A stretch of DNA of 64,000 nt, taken from NCBI RefSeq assembly GCF_006345805.1, contig NC_043010.1:27714001-27778000 (forward strand), written 5' to 3'. The stretch is from Octopus sinensis (Eukaryota). The notes below the pieces were generated by a model. The model worked only from the letters and a program-made list of their open reading frames with translations. It did not search any database and had not been told where the DNA came from. Below are positions 61,075-64,000 of the stretch, piece by piece. Within the stretch, counting starts at the first letter, position 1. Each line of letters opens with the position of its first letter. A program made the translations under genes and the position numbers.

Positions 61075-63493
61075 ACACACACATACACACTTATGTATGC
61101 ACATAATTAAAATAAAACCAATTTAATGATTTTGTCAAGTGACCAGCGTGTAATAAAACCATACAGGTAACAATTTATACTAATATATAATTATCCAAAT
61201 ATAATTAAAGGTTGCGGATAAAACCCCACCAACACGCCAGAAATAGACGCCATATGGCTCTAAAAACCACATCAACACTGATTGCATAGGTTGTAAGCAA
61301 GCAGATGAATAAATGAGATTTTTTAAAAAAGGGTTAATTATAGATCGACTTCTGGCTTAGGGATGTAAAACACACACACACACACACATCGTGTGTGTGT
61401 GCGCACGAGAGAGAGTGATTCAAACGTACAGTAAACAAAAGGCAGAGACAAGTGAGGGAACAACAAGCAGGTGTAATAGTTTGAAGAATGGAAGGTGAAT
61501 GTATGTATCTATGCATGCACGCACACACATTTATATACATATGTGTATATATGTATATACATACGTACATACATTTATATTTATATGTATGTATATATAT
61601 ATATATGTATATATTTACATATATATATATATGTATATATTTACATATATATACATGTGTGTATGTGTGTATTTGTGTGTGTATGGCTATTGTAATTTTT
61701 CCAGTCAAGTATTTCGGTAATGTGATCAAGTGAAGCAGAGAAAGTAGGCTTAAAGACATCTGTGTGTGGTTTTGGTGGTGGGTTGTATTGTGCTGTTGAG
61801 TCACTTCTCTTTCAATGGCATCCAGCTATCCATCATGCTACCACAGCTGGCCTATTTCTCTTTACAGACATCAGTGTTTAGAATGTCTTGTAATACGGTG
61901 TCATTTTACAAGTCTGCGACATCGTGGAAGAACGACGACAATCTATTACTACTGTGCCCTAAATATGTTTTAATATCCACCCATACAACAACAAGAACAA
62001 AAGGAACAACCGAATCGTTACACATTTGGAATGATTAAAGCAAACAAAAGGTGTGTGTGTGTGTTACAACGGTACACCGTGTAACACTGACATGAAATTT
62101 GAACTCGATGACTCAGAAATCGGATGTATCATTTAACACCTTCAGCTCACCCGAAAGCAGGTTTTATAACAAGATCTAGATCTACTTTGTTGCCATAGAT
62201 TCACAGGATAACTCCCAACATCTTCTCTGCTCCCCAACATCTAGTCTCGAATGCTCTGATAGCAGCCACAGGTGTTGGTTGGTTTTTCTGCTCTACGCCA
62301 TTAAAAATTGGACAAAGGAAAAATGTTTCTCTAACCAAAGACTTCTATTGATGCCAACTCACCTTAGACCGCTCCCGATTCTATGATGCAAAATGTTCCT
62401 GCTATAAAGAGTCCTACAATAAAAGTTTTCACCAAAATTTCGAGTTAATTTATGTCCTAAACATCAGATTAATAATTTAGTTATCTTACTAAATTCTTCA
62501 ATATATTCAAAATTAATTGGAACAGAGGCAATGTATTTCAGTGCAAACATGGGAATAAAATGATTAAATTAGTTTTCCCACGGATCGCTTACTGTTTTGA
62601 AAGATCTGGCCTACTCCATAAATTTTAAATTCAACTCACGTCTCCACCAATGCTACCTTGGTGGATTTTTTTCCCAGTCCTCCAGGGCTTGTAGACGCCA
62701 GACTGGGGATCTCTGAGCTATTGTATTTATTCAGCCATTGTACCCATTCTAATCTTTACCTACTTTAATTTTTAAGGTTTCGGTTATGTCAATAGGTGTT
62801 ATCCTGTAGTGAGCGCTGCGTAGCGAGAAGAGAGTTTCCGGCAAGCCAAACGCCTGTAACAATAAGGAATGGTTAAAATGAACGTGAACGGTAATCTTCA
62901 GGTTTAGTTGATTGACTGTTTTAATGTTACGTATTTATAATGAACACGACTGTTCCAGGAAAAGAAAACCAAGTTAAGCTAACGATTATTGTTCAGGGAG
63001 AAGCTAGAAATAGGTTTGTGGAAGTGGTGAGATGCTAGTCAAATCCTCTTTTACTATGTCCTCAGACCTAATCTCTTTTATTGAGCCCCAAAACAATCTG
63101 GCTTGACAGATATATGATGAGACACATCACTCGAAAATCCGCGATGAGTTTCTTATAATTTGATTGGCCCTATTTTTGCTAACGTCATCTCTAAATTTGA
63201 AAGAACCTGTTTGTTGATGCACATTTCATAGGCAAAGAAAACAGTCGGTTCCAAAACTGAGACAGACAGCTTCTCTCAGTTGGGGAAAATTAATTTATGT
63301 TTAATTTTATAACCGAACTATTTTATAAATCAACTCCCAGTTGATTTGCTGTGTTTCTGATGGTAACATTGACAAGGAAGTATTTGTAGGTTAGCCTCAA
63401 TTTGGGGGAGGGGTGGCAGCGAACTAACAGACTCATTGGAGTGTAGAAGAAAAACACTCCCTGCAGTTTTTGTTCTGAATCCTTATGTTCTAA

Positions 63494-63533
<40 letters not shown>

Positions 63534-63558
63534 ACCACACACACACATACACACACAT

Positions 63559-63603
<45 letters not shown>

Positions 63604-63612
63604 TATGTTTGC

Positions 63613-63663
<51 letters not shown>

Positions 63664-63708
63664 GCGTATGCATATATTAGTACGTATATATATATTTAGA
63701 CACATGCG

Positions 63709-63744
<36 letters not shown>

Positions 63745-64000
63745 ACAATGGATGGTATTCTAAATATTATACTATACATAATAAATTGTTGATATATTTA
63801 AAAATTACTTTTGCTCCCAGAAAAGTAAACGAGCATCTAGTGGTAATTGCAGCGGACTGCGCATAGAAAGAGGAAGCTACCCCCAAGCAACCAATTGAAA
63901 CAATACAGTCAACATTGTCTGTTGTAAGACAATAAACCACAAATCTCCGTCTTATTTTCTACATACAACTATTTAATATACATTATTTACATTTGACTGA

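Noticed and set aside
63113-63140. ATGATGA..CTCGAAA hammerhead-like string
   Set aside because: C3 is missing and stems I to III do not pair convincingly.

Overview
This is eukaryotic, repeat-dense genomic DNA; the SINE families and microsatellite load suggest a coleoid cephalopod, most likely Octopus (inference). The only host gene I can support is the 3' part of POLR1A (RPA1, largest subunit of RNA polymerase I) on the + strand. It has 18 GT-AG exons from 1203 to the stop at 40357, which splice in frame to 2898 nt (965 aa plus stop) and cover the funnel, bridge helix, trigger loop, jaw/acidic expander and C-terminal clamp regions. The introns and the downstream 24 kb contain nested hAT-like and piggyBac elements, two mariner derivatives, Helitron remnants, a CR1-type LINE, R4/Dong-type LINE fragments, Penelope-like elements, MITEs and several SINE families. 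Most ORF-track entries are microsatellite or SINE artefacts. Three signals stand out. (1) Conserved residues in the Pol I bridge helix and nearby motifs are replaced by codons that a single A-to-G change would restore, which suggests restorative A-to-I recoding or CpG-decay divergence. (2) Several families of minimal type I hammerhead-ribozyme motifs are tied to Penelope-like inverted repeats. (3) Repeats shift from CpG-decayed to CpG-intact just after the end of POLR1A, as expected for gene-body methylation. Reference protein motifs quoted below are recalled from memory and need confirming by alignment.
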